From a candidate division WWE3 bacterium RIFOXYC1_FULL_40_10 (GTDB lineage: Bacteria > Patescibacteriota > WWE3 > UBA101185 > UBA10185), in the NCBI GenBank assembly GCA_001773215.1, contig MEWB01000001.1:678099-742098 (forward strand): DNA of 64,000 nucleotides, in the 5' to 3' direction. Positions within the stretch are counted from its first letter, which is position 1; the number at the start of each line of letters is the position of its first letter. The notes beneath the pieces are model-generated. The model ran no database searches. It saw nothing but the letters and a program-made list of their open reading frames with translations, and was not told the DNA's origin. A program made the position numbers and the translations under genes. Shown here one piece after another: positions 29,101 to 37,460 of this stretch.

Positions 29101-32100
29101 CTGAATTTCCTAAACCGGTATTTATATGGTCGGCTCTCTCCATCTTCGTGAGTTGATAAAGCATCTTTTGGCCATAAGAAACTATCTCGGCGGGATGTAA
29201 TTTATTAATTTCAATACCTAGATCTCTGGTTAATCCCGGACTATTTCTCATGATTACAGGTCCTAACACCTTGATCGGAGTTGCATATGTCCCGATAGGT
29301 CTCCCAACGTCAAAGTTAACCATATCCAAGGTAAGAATAGCGGCCTGAATCTGCGGAACAGAACCCGTGGCTCCTGTGTCCGAAGGTGAAACAGGATTAG
29401 TGACGGTTGCTCCCGTAGTACACCACAACGAGGGGCAAGTAAAGGTACCACACTTATTACAGTTAACACCACATTGGGAATCAATATTGTGGGGCGTACA
29501 AGAAGTAGTACTTGTGACATTCAAACCGCAATTCCCTGCAAGGTCGCACTTATATCCGGTATCGTAACTTATATCTACCTTTGAATTAGTCACAATCAAT
29601 AACCTGTCGTTGTCAGTTCCCGTATCTACAAAACTCTTCCATTCAGACCCTGCTACAGCACCCTTTGTAAACGTAAGCGCCGGATCGCCACCCTGACGGG
29701 TTACATACACTATTGCCATTGCTCCCGCAGCGACTCCACCATCCGTTGTGCCATCGCTGGCTACCACATTAAATCCATGCAAACTATTTATAAGCCCATT
29801 AATAGTAGCGGTTGTAGTTTTGTATATTTTACCCATCGTTAAAACCATACCATTCGGCAAATCCTCGGCAGAAGGAGGAACAGTAAGCCCGCTTGCATTC
29901 AAATTTATATATTGGCCAAACCAATCGTCTCTGTAACTTTCACCCAAATTCTGTGCGTATCGATCAGCCGGATTAGGGTCAGTTATCTCCGCCAAATCTC
30001 CACTAATACCTCCCAAGGTAAAAGCGTAACCACCGGTATATGGCGAGTTGACATTTACTCGCTCCAGAAGTTTACCCGAAAACGTTGTACTGTTTTTTAC
30101 CGTACAACTGTTTACACTGATAGCTTGGGCGGAAACATCACTATCTACCACCGAATACCAAGGTTCTGCCTGTGAATCAACCAGGATAGACAAAAATACG
30201 GCCTTATCCGTCTCAGTATCAGTGACATTGGGAACTTCACCCACTACATATGAAAAACCATAGCTCCCCGGGGCTGAACAAGGCACCCATTGAGCCGGGT
30301 CCGGAGAAGGAGAAAAACCTCCCGTTGAAACCGTAGTTTCATCACAGGTTTTTTTGATACTAACTAGTCCGCAGGAACCGTTATTTAGAGAGCAACTCGA
30401 ATCAGCGCAAGTAACCGAGACAACCAAACCGTCGTTAGGAACTCCTAAAGGGGTATAAGTAAAACGGGCCATTCCATTGGAATCAGTTGATACAGGTCCT
30501 AAGGCTGTGCCACCAACTGTTAGGGTTACTTTAGCACCCTGCACTGTAGTAAAATCAGGTCGATTGGGCAATTCCGGTATACCCGGATTATCATTTTCAA
30601 TATACGCACCATTATTCCAGTAACTGCTTGGCCCCCCAGTACCACTACAAAGTGGATTATTGTAATCGACAGTACACTCGCATGAGATTCTAGCAGGTCC
30701 TGTAAATTGTGAGCAATAATAGTTTTTTATATCGGCCTTATTATCAAATGGGGCTTCGGTCCCCACATAGATGGATAACGTGTGCGCTTTTCCCACCAAT
30801 ATAGAAGTAGATGTTTCTGCTGTATAAGCATTCGGACATTCAGGATAAGCGTGCGAAAATCCTTCGGCTTTAAAATAGATAATTCCGTTGTCTGCGGGAG
30901 TTGTTGTGTACGCAAATTTGTTGCAATCTGTTGCGTCGGGATGGCAGTTCAGTTTGGTTCCAATATACGTCCACACAGTACTCTGGGTATTGGTTTTAGC
31001 TTTGTAATAATCTACTTTCAGAAGCTTATTTGTCGGAGAACTGGTAAAGAAGGCTGAAATATTAGCAACGGAGCCCTCAGGAATGAACCCTGCTGGGTTA
31101 ACACTTAAAGTATCACTAGATGATCCCGGAACATCAACTACTATAAAAGGAAATTCCGTTCCCCCCGTAGTGGTATCAGTTAAAGTAACAACAGCCCCCG
31201 TGCAAACTGAAGCCCCCGAGATAGATACAACATAACGACCGGGTGCTAATACCCCGAGTTGAGAAGGATCAGGTATGAAAACAGTACTACCTCCGGTTTG
31301 AGGTATTGCGTTATAAGTTAGATTGGTAATTACTCCATCAAGATTTGTATATCTGACGTTGAATTTAATATCCGTAAGGGCCTGGTATCCGGGTATTGTT
31401 GCCTGCATTGGGCTTGGAATTCTTGGGGCTAGGCAGGATGCCGGACCGACATACTGCATTGTTGTTGCTGCTGCCTCAAATCTAAATACCCATGCACCCG
31501 ATGAAGAACCTTCGGTGTTGGATGCATTCACGCTCCAAACGAAATCCCCCGAAGAACAGCGGTATTGCAGGGGAACAGTATAAGTAGAAGTATAAACGTT
31601 AGATCCAAGACTTAGCGGGTATGTTGAAGAATCAGTCGTGGGCTGCCCGGGAGCTCTGGTGTACAAAACGTGAGAAGTTCCGGTAGTATCCTCACAATTA
31701 TTTACAACATTCCATTTTAAATTAACAGATGTAGTTCCAAAAGGAAAAGTTGTACTGTTAGCAGGCTCTTGAAGAGTTACAACAGGCGCGACACAGTTTT
31801 GGTTACATAAGTTGGTGTAATAATTACAGGCGGTTGCGCTTGTATTACAGCATTCGCCCGATGTCGAACATGTTCCGCCGTCTCCAACACAGATTATAAA
31901 ATTCCACTGGGCCGAAGCGACAGGATACTCGGTGCCAATTGCCCTCTTTCCTAAAGCAACTACTTGCCAAGTGTGAGTTCCCTCCGCCATTATGGAAGTA
32001 TTTAGAACAAATGAATTCGCTGTTCTAGGCAGATCTGTGGAAACTTGTACCCCATCAACAAAAACTCTTTGAAGACTTTGATTGCAATCTGCCCAGTTTG

Positions 32101-32989
32101 ACGGTGGTGTCCATGTTAGAGTAACGCTTGGTGTACCCTGAGAAACTTTTGTTCCATTTGCCGGTGATACAAGAACAGGTGCCGGAGACGGGGCCTCACA
32201 AACTGCCTGAGGAGAGCAGCTGCCATAACAACTATCGGTATTACAACTACACACAAATCCGGGACAGCAAGGATTTACACTGTTACAAAACGGTAAAGGC
32301 TGGCAACCACATACATCAGCGGGACTACATACATGGGTCGTCGCGGGACAACACCCTGACACACAGGTTGCCCCTGTGGTACAAGCACAACCGTCACCGC
32401 TACATGGGGGATTGCCGCAAGTACCATCCGATTTACAGTAGTTACTACAACACTCGGAAGCGGCACTACAACTTGAACCATTGGCTTTACACGTCGGCGG
32501 ATCAACACAAACTCCACCAGTGCAAACCAATGGTGAGCAACAGTTCCCGATACCAACCCCACAGGCCTGTCCCTCTAGCTTACATTGCCCACCCCCACCT
32601 CCATCAGGAACACACTTAAAGTCTCCCCCACATTTTCCTGAACAGCACTCATTACCTTTCAAACAGTCAAATCCATTGGGCGTACAATCACCACCACCCC
32701 CACCGCAGGTAGGAAGCGGAGGTTCACAATCACAACAAGCAGTATAACAATAGTAATTACCCATCCCTGGAAAATTCGCTGAACAATAAGAAGGATCGTA
32801 GTCACACTTGCAGGTATCTGCCACCTCACCACAGTACTGAGCATCACAATACAAATCATCTTTCGGAACATCGTAACATCTGTTTCCTAGGGAGCAGGAA
32901 CCTGGATGAGCCACAGGAGCTAGAATAAAAAGAAGAGCGAACGCTATAATATACTTTCTGATCTGGCTGGGCATTATAATTTCATCCAA
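29075..32989 (-). CDS. Giant secreted Cys-rich surface protein: signal peptide, five tandem knottin-like (C-C-CC-C-C) modules, FN3/Ig-like beta-rich repeats
   Basis: 1304 aa. Signal peptide MDEII...APVAHPG. Residues ~60-290 contain five consecutive modules with cystine-knot spacing (for example C-TPNGFD-C-LKGNE-CC-SGK-C-GGDFK-C). Then come FN3-like segments (PVLVSPANGTKVSQGTPSVTLTWTPP; PVVTLQEPANSTTFPFGTTSVNLKW) and further paired Cys. The DNA at 32150-32900 is locally GC-rich from Cys/Gly codons. Confidence 0.6.
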   Translation of the reverse strand: MDEIIMPSQIRKYIIAFALLFILAPVAHPGSCSLGNRCYDVPKDDLYCDAQYCGEVADTCKCDYDPSYCSANFPGMGNYYCYTACCDCEPPLPTCGGGGGDCTPNGFDCLKGNECCSGKCGGDFKCVPDGGGGGQCKLEGQACGVGIGNCCSPLVCTGGVCVDPPTCKANGSSCSAASECCSNYCKSDGTCGNPPCSGDGCACTTGATCVSGCCPATTHVCSPADVCGCQPLPFCNSVNPCCPGFVCSCNTDSCYGSCSPQAVCEAPSPAPVLVSPANGTKVSQGTPSVTLTWTPPSNWADCNQSLQRVFVDGVQVSTDLPRTANSFVLNTSIMAEGTHTWQVVALGKRAIGTEYPVASAQWNFIICVGDGGTCSTSGECCNTSATACNYYTNLCNQNCVAPVVTLQEPANSTTFPFGTTSVNLKWNVVNNCEDTTGTSHVLYTRAPGQPTTDSSTYPLSLGSNVYTSTYTVPLQYRCSSGDFVWSVNASNTEGSSSGAWVFRFEAAATTMQYVGPASCLAPRIPSPMQATIPGYQALTDIKFNVRYTNLDGVITNLTYNAIPQTGGSTVFIPDPSQLGVLAPGRYVVSISGASVCTGAVVTLTDTTTGGTEFPFIVVDVPGSSSDTLSVNPAGFIPEGSVANISAFFTSSPTNKLLKVDYYKAKTNTQSTVWTYIGTKLNCHPDATDCNKFAYTTTPADNGIIYFKAEGFSHAYPECPNAYTAETSTSILVGKAHTLSIYVGTEAPFDNKADIKNYYCSQFTGPARISCECTVDYNNPLCSGTGGPSSYWNNGAYIENDNPGIPELPNRPDFTTVQGAKVTLTVGGTALGPVSTDSNGMARFTYTPLGVPNDGLVVSVTCADSSCSLNNGSCGLVSIKKTCDETTVSTGGFSPSPDPAQWVPCSAPGSYGFSYVVGEVPNVTDTETDKAVFLSILVDSQAEPWYSVVDSDVSAQAISVNSCTVKNSTTFSGKLLERVNVNSPYTGGYAFTLGGISGDLAEITDPNPADRYAQNLGESYRDDWFGQYINLNASGLTVPPSAEDLPNGMVLTMGKIYKTTTATINGLINSLHGFNVVASDGTTDGGVAAGAMAIVYVTRQGGDPALTFTKGAVAGSEWKSFVDTGTDNDRLLIVTNSKVDISYDTGYKCDLAGNCGLNVTSTTSCTPHNIDSQCGVNCNKCGTFTCPSLWCTTGATVTNPVSPSDTGATGSVPQIQAAILTLDMVNFDVGRPIGTYATPIKVLGPVIMRNSPGLTRDLGIEINKLHPAEIVSYGQKMLYQLTKMERADHINTGLGNSVVSITYGY

Positions 32990-33567
32990 TCACAATTATC
33001 CATATATACAGAAGCCGAGTAAAGAACATAATCTCCGGACTTCTTTTGCTGAAGATCAGCACGTAATGGCCATTGAGGAGAATATTCTTTCATAATCTGG
33101 ACTTTCTTCTCCATCGGTATTTGCAACAACTGCTCGATCTTCTTCATTTTTCCACCTACCGACCAATTACCATATACAACACCTAAGTTGTAGACACTAA
33201 AACCCCCTATTATTGTATCTTTTCTCCTGCAATCGAGAATCAGCTGGTCGGTAAAATCGGCAGTAATAGTCTCTCCATTCCTCTCTATCGTTACTTGATT
33301 AGGATTAGTTTGAGTGCTGATTAAGTTTGCCGGAAGTTGATTTTGCAGGCTATTAATATAATTATCTACCACCACAGCCTTCTCCTCGTACGTCATCTCA
33401 AGAAAGTTCTTTGATTTTTTGACTTTTAGGAAGAGATAGAAAGAAACAAAAGCCCCAATTGCAACTAGCAAAACAACAGAAACCAACACTTTTTTATTTC
33501 TGGAATTGATCTTTATTTTAGGCAGAGGCATGTGCCTCAATTGTACCCATAATTCAAAAGGTAACAC
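32974..33567 (-). CDS. Membrane-anchored hypothetical protein
   Basis: An N-terminal TM anchor (VLVSVVLLVAIGAFVSFYLF) followed by a ~150-aa extracytoplasmic domain. Coupled to the giant gene by a 16-nt overlap. Confidence 0.35.
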   Translation of the reverse strand: MLPFELWVQLRHMPLPKIKINSRNKKVLVSVVLLVAIGAFVSFYLFLKVKKSKNFLEMTYEEKAVVVDNYINSLQNQLPANLISTQTNPNQVTIERNGETITADFTDQLILDCRRKDTIIGGFSVYNLGVVYGNWSVGGKMKKIEQLLQIPMEKKVQIMKEYSPQWPLRADLQQKKSGDYVLYSASVYMDNCDWMKL

Positions 33568-33620
33568 AAGAGGGGCCCGCCTCTGGCGGGCCCCAATAGT
33601 TATCTAACTACCCAAAAACC

Positions 33621-34394
33621 TTAATTCAGCGAGGGGTTAGCACTCAAAGCGTATCTTGCGTCAGTATATTTCCAAAACGCATCGGCACCACCAAGCTTTC
33701 CTGCACATTCCGCAGCCTCAGCTGACTTTTGAGCTGTGGCATGGAAATTTAAAGGATACTGTCTAAATACCCATGAAACATCACTATTTTCTTGGGTAAA
33801 GCTTGCCGCTGTGGGATGAAACCTTTGACAAAAGGGACATTCATAATCTGAGTACTCAATTAATGTAAACCTGGCTTTTTTATCACCTTTTACATAGTCT
33901 GTATCGGAAATAGCCTTTACCCCGGTTAACTCCTCTGCAGCATTGCCTTGCGCGTCAATTTTAGGAGGATAAACACCATTCTTTATGTCAGCCAACGCAG
34001 TCGTAAAGGTTGCAAGCGGATAGGCACCGGAAATTAAAAATGCCCTACCGGTAGTATTATCGTAAATTATGTTACCGGGTGTTCCGCTAACACCTGCCGC
34101 AGAACCTTCAGCCATCTCTTTTTTTACAGCTTCTGTCATTTCCCCGGAATTTAAGCAGGCTTGGAAAGCCTCTTTATTTAATCCAATACTTACAGCCAAA
34201 TCGGATAAAGATGTGGTAGCTTCGGTTGGTACAGCTGCTTGAGTAGGAACAGCTTCCGCAACCGTTTCAGGTACACTTTCTGCATCCTTACCCTTCCACA
34301 AACTCCCCGCATAAAACGAAACACCTGCCAAAACAGCAACAATAGCCAGTTGCACTATCGGAGCAAAGGGAAACACGTCTCTTTTGTCATTCAT
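33621..34394 (-). CDS. Membrane-anchored DsbA-like thiol:disulfide oxidoreductase with an apparently circularly permuted thioredoxin fold
   Basis: TM anchor, Pro/Ala/Thr linker, then FQACLNSGE...GVSGTPGNIIYDNTTG (matches the C-terminal half of BdbD/DsbA including the cis-Pro GTP loop). This precedes KARFTLIEYSDYECPFCQRFHP...FWKYTDARY (matches the N-terminal CxxC strand and the first half of the helical insert). The protein ends there. Confidence 0.55.
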   Translation of the reverse strand: MNDKRDVFPFAPIVQLAIVAVLAGVSFYAGSLWKGKDAESVPETVAEAVPTQAAVPTEATTSLSDLAVSIGLNKEAFQACLNSGEMTEAVKKEMAEGSAAGVSGTPGNIIYDNTTGRAFLISGAYPLATFTTALADIKNGVYPPKIDAQGNAAEELTGVKAISDTDYVKGDKKARFTLIEYSDYECPFCQRFHPTAASFTQENSDVSWVFRQYPLNFHATAQKSAEAAECAGKLGGADAFWKYTDARYALSANPSLN

Positions 34395-34428
34395 AACATT
34401 CCTCCAAGAAAAATTGAATACTTTAGTA

Positions 34429-35415
34429 CTACTCTTCGATGTTAATAGTTTCTTTTATGGTATAAACAGTTTTATTACCTGTATCAAAATACACCCTCAT
34501 CATGATTTCCCCCAAAAATCCCATCATAATAAGCTGTACACCCAAAGTCATCGCAACTCCCGATAGTGTTAACATCGGTCGCCCGCCAATATCTGCCCCA
34601 AACACAATCTTTTCAAAAATTAAATATAACACAGAGATAGCCCCGACCATGAAAAACGCCAATCCTACCGACCCAAATAGTCTTCCCGGCATCATTTTAT
34701 AAGGCTTTCGAGACATATCCATCAGGAATTTTAGAGAAAACAAGTCAAAAAATACTTTCAAAGTTCGGGACAAGGAACCGTATTTAGAGGCTCCTGCGAC
34801 CCTGTCTCGGTATTCAACATCAATTTCTATTATTTTATCCGTAAATAAACTACAATAGGCGGCACAATATCTGTGCATCTCACCATACAACTTTAAATTA
34901 TCTACAACAAATCTTTTGAAACCTTTCAGTCCGGAACCGTTGTCCTTTAATTTTACCCCGGTGATTTTTGCAATAAGTTCATTTGCAAACATCGAAGGAA
35001 GAGTCCTCAAAAAAGATGACTTTCTACCTTGCCAGCGGCCTACCCTATTTGTATTTACAACATCAAAACCCTCTTCGAGTTTTGCTACAACATGTAGTAT
35101 TTCCTTTGGATCTATTTCGACATCTGAAGAAAAAGTTAAAACGTAATCTCCCTTTGATTTCAGAAACCCACATTGATAGGCTTGGGTCATTCCCATATTT
35201 TTTCCAAACCTAACGATTTTAACTCTGGGATCTTCTTGCGCTACTTTTTGCAATCTTACCCACGACTGGTCTCTTGAACCGTCTTCTATAACTATAATTT
35301 CGTAATTAAAAGGAGCCTCCCTTAGAGCATGGGTAAGTTCGGTGTGTAATAAGCCGATATTCCCCTCCTCATCTTTTACCGGAACTATTATTGAAACTAA
35401 CTTTCGATCTGACAT
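34429..35415 (-). CDS. GT2 family polyprenyl-phosphate glycosyltransferase (DPM1/ArnC/GtrB-like) with C-terminal TM helices
   Basis: SIIVPVKDEE N-terminal motif, IIVIEDGSRD (DxD region), two C-terminal TM helices; 328 aa. Confidence 0.75.
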   Translation of the reverse strand: MSDRKLVSIIVPVKDEEGNIGLLHTELTHALREAPFNYEIIVIEDGSRDQSWVRLQKVAQEDPRVKIVRFGKNMGMTQAYQCGFLKSKGDYVLTFSSDVEIDPKEILHVVAKLEEGFDVVNTNRVGRWQGRKSSFLRTLPSMFANELIAKITGVKLKDNGSGLKGFKRFVVDNLKLYGEMHRYCAAYCSLFTDKIIEIDVEYRDRVAGASKYGSLSRTLKVFFDLFSLKFLMDMSRKPYKMMPGRLFGSVGLAFFMVGAISVLYLIFEKIVFGADIGGRPMLTLSGVAMTLGVQLIMMGFLGEIMMRVYFDTGNKTVYTIKETINIEE

Positions 35416-35430
35416 AGTGCAAATATTATA

Positions 35431-35748
35431 TCAGTTTTTGGGAGGTGTGATGTTTGGATCTCCCCCGTAATCTGGATAGTCCAATTCCTCAGCAGTTTTA
35501 TGTCCAACTGCCCAGTTATATACGTTTGCAAGAGTAAACCCTGCTTTGAGGCCCGTAAATGACCCGGGACCTTGTTTTGGAATGATTTCTTCAACTTCTC
35601 CCGGCCTTATTTGATACTTTTCCAGCATATTTCCAATCTCACTGGAAACATCTATTTCCCCCGAAATTTCATCGACAAGCTTCCCATCTTTTTCCAATCT
35701 TACCGACTTATCCTTTCGGTTTGTAGTGTTAATGTAAATTTTGTACAT
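35431..35748 (-). CDS. tsaB: TsaB (YeaZ)-like protein, N-terminal half only
   Basis: 105 aa with GPGSFTGLKAGFTLAN (TsaB GPGSFTG[LV]RIG motif) and an N-terminal IYINTTN...SVRLEKDGKLV segment. Lacks the C-terminal half of the usual ~230-aa protein. Overlaps tsaE by 20 nt. Confidence 0.5.
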   Translation of the reverse strand: MYKIYINTTNRKDKSVRLEKDGKLVDEISGEIDVSSEIGNMLEKYQIRPGEVEEIIPKQGPGSFTGLKAGFTLANVYNWAVGHKTAEELDYPDYGGDPNITPPKN

Positions 35749-36151
35749 TTATTTTTCTTTTAAACTCATCCAAATAAGTAAATTCGATTTTGATTGTTTT
35801 TTTAGGCAGCAACTGGTCGATAAGTTCAGGCCATTCAATCACGGTAATTGCGCTGTTATCTTCTAAATATTGCTCCAGGCCTAAATCTTGTGCTTCAGAA
35901 AGCGACGCCAGGCGATACAGGTCTAAGTGATTAACCAGCGTCTCTTTATTCTGATATTTTCGAGCAATAACAAAGGTAGGGCTTTGAACGCGGGAATCCA
36001 ATCCCAATGCCGACACCAAATATCTGGTGAAAGTTGTTTTACCACTTCCCAGATCTCCGTACAGTGCAATAACATCTCCTCTAACAAGCTTTTTGGCTAA
36101 TTTAACAGCAAATTTTTCAGTTTCTTTGGCAGAATTGGTAATAATTTCCAT
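35729..36151 (-). CDS. tsaE: tRNA threonylcarbamoyladenosine biosynthesis ATPase TsaE
   Basis: Walker A GDLGSGKTTFTR, preceded by GDVIALYGDLG, the typical TsaE/YjeE pattern; 140 aa. Confidence 0.8.
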   Translation of the reverse strand: MEIITNSAKETEKFAVKLAKKLVRGDVIALYGDLGSGKTTFTRYLVSALGLDSRVQSPTFVIARKYQNKETLVNHLDLYRLASLSEAQDLGLEQYLEDNSAITVIEWPELIDQLLPKKTIKIEFTYLDEFKRKINVQNLH

Positions 36152-36471
36152 AAAAATACAACTCCCAGCAGCGCTCCTAAAGCATCTATACCTGCATCAT
36201 ATAACGTAGAAGAGCGATATGGCAAAAAAAATTGGTACAGCTCGACGAGTACACCATATACAGTTGCAAATACAAAAGACTTACCAATATGTTTTGTGGG
36301 CTTAAAAAAAGCTACACAAAGGGCGGTAAAAAGTAAAAAGTGCTCGTTTAAATGCGCACCCTCTGTAGCAATGCCTAAAGCTAATTCCTGTTTTTTGGTT
36401 ATACTTGCCCCAAGGAGGATAGCAACCATCAATATCAACGGATAGATCCAATTGGTAAGTTTTCTTTCCAT
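36097..36471 (-). CDS. VanZ-like family membrane protein
   Basis: 124 aa with 3-4 TM helices and VELYQFFLPYRSSTLYDAGIDALGALLG, matching the VanZ-like E..Q...P.R....D...N..G pattern. Confidence 0.5.
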   Translation of the reverse strand: MERKLTNWIYPLILMVAILLGASITKKQELALGIATEGAHLNEHFLLFTALCVAFFKPTKHIGKSFVFATVYGVLVELYQFFLPYRSSTLYDAGIDALGALLGVVFLWKLLPILPKKLKNLLLN

Positions 36472-37010
36472 CGGGATATTTTACCATTTGCCCTAAACAT
36501 ATTAATAATGCAAATCCACATTAACATTATTGCTACAGCTAAAAAAACTGATAAGTATGTATAATTATGTGATTTATCAAGCGGTTCAGAAATAATTGTG
36601 TGTGGAACTTCTATCTCCTCTACATAACCCTTGAGGACATTCTCATTTAAATTGATAAGGTAGTTTTCTTCTTGGCGGGCAATTTGCCACAAATTCTGCG
36701 TTGGGGTCTCGTAAATGGTTCCGGTCTTAACATCCTGAAGGCGGAAATACAGTTCGAACTTTTCTCCGGCAGGCAAGGAAAATTTAAGCTTCATTTTTCC
36801 TTCAAAAGCAGGCATACTGCTCCATGCTTGGTTTTGACCTATCCAGGTGTCGTTTGGAGAGTTGTATACATAGGCCTCCCCCTTATTTAGCACAGGCTTA
36901 ACTATGTATATATTATCAGCGGTATTTCCTCCCAAAATGAACTCCACAGTTATTTCCTCACCCGGCTTAACACCATATCTAGACAAGGAATAATCAAAAT
37001 AGTAAATCAC
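36435..37010 (-). CDS. Hypothetical protein with C-terminal TM anchor
   Basis: 191 aa, beta-rich, with a single C-terminal hydrophobic helix. Confidence 0.3.
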   Translation of the reverse strand: MIYYFDYSLSRYGVKPGEEITVEFILGGNTADNIYIVKPVLNKGEAYVYNSPNDTWIGQNQAWSSMPAFEGKMKLKFSLPAGEKFELYFRLQDVKTGTIYETPTQNLWQIARQEENYLINLNENVLKGYVEEIEVPHTIISEPLDKSHNYTYLSVFLAVAIMLMWICIINMFRANGKISRWKENLPIGSIR

Positions 37011-37119
37011 ATACTAGTTATCACATAATTTTCGCTATGCACAAGCTAGCATATTCTATTATTACTGGAAAAATGAAACCCACCGGCGTGTAAAAATACC
37101 GATGGGCAAAATATAGCGA

Positions 37120-37401
37120 TTACCCGCGCTCCGGCGCCAAATCTTCTGGTTGGGCATCAAATAATTCGCGAACCACCTGATAGGCGGCTTTGAACACCAA
37201 GATATAGTCTTTGTCGGCCGCAATGTCCTCCATAGTACAAGGTAACGGATTAACGAGTGCGCTCATTGGAAGAGTGTTCATGGCACCGATGCTGTCAACG
37301 ATCAGCCCCATAGGTAATTGTGTTAGCGGATCAAGGTATACGATACCGAATGTCCCCCGGCCTACTCTAAAAATATCTAGTTCTTCCCATTTGATTTTCA
37401 A
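37120..37401 (-). CDS. Hypothetical small protein (GC-elevated, TTG start with AAGGAGG RBS)
   Basis: 93 aa, GC about 50%. An AAGGAGG RBS lies 7 nt upstream of the TTG. Appears paralogous to the N-terminal half of the 19129 protein. Confidence 0.4.
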   Translation of the reverse strand: MKIKWEELDIFRVGRGTFGIVYLDPLTQLPMGLIVDSIGAMNTLPMSALVNPLPCTMEDIAADKDYILVFKAAYQVVRELFDAQPEDLAPERG

Positions 37402-37460
37402 CTCAGAACCTCCTTAAGTGTTTATTTAACCGAGAGTATATTACTAAATGAAAGAAATGT

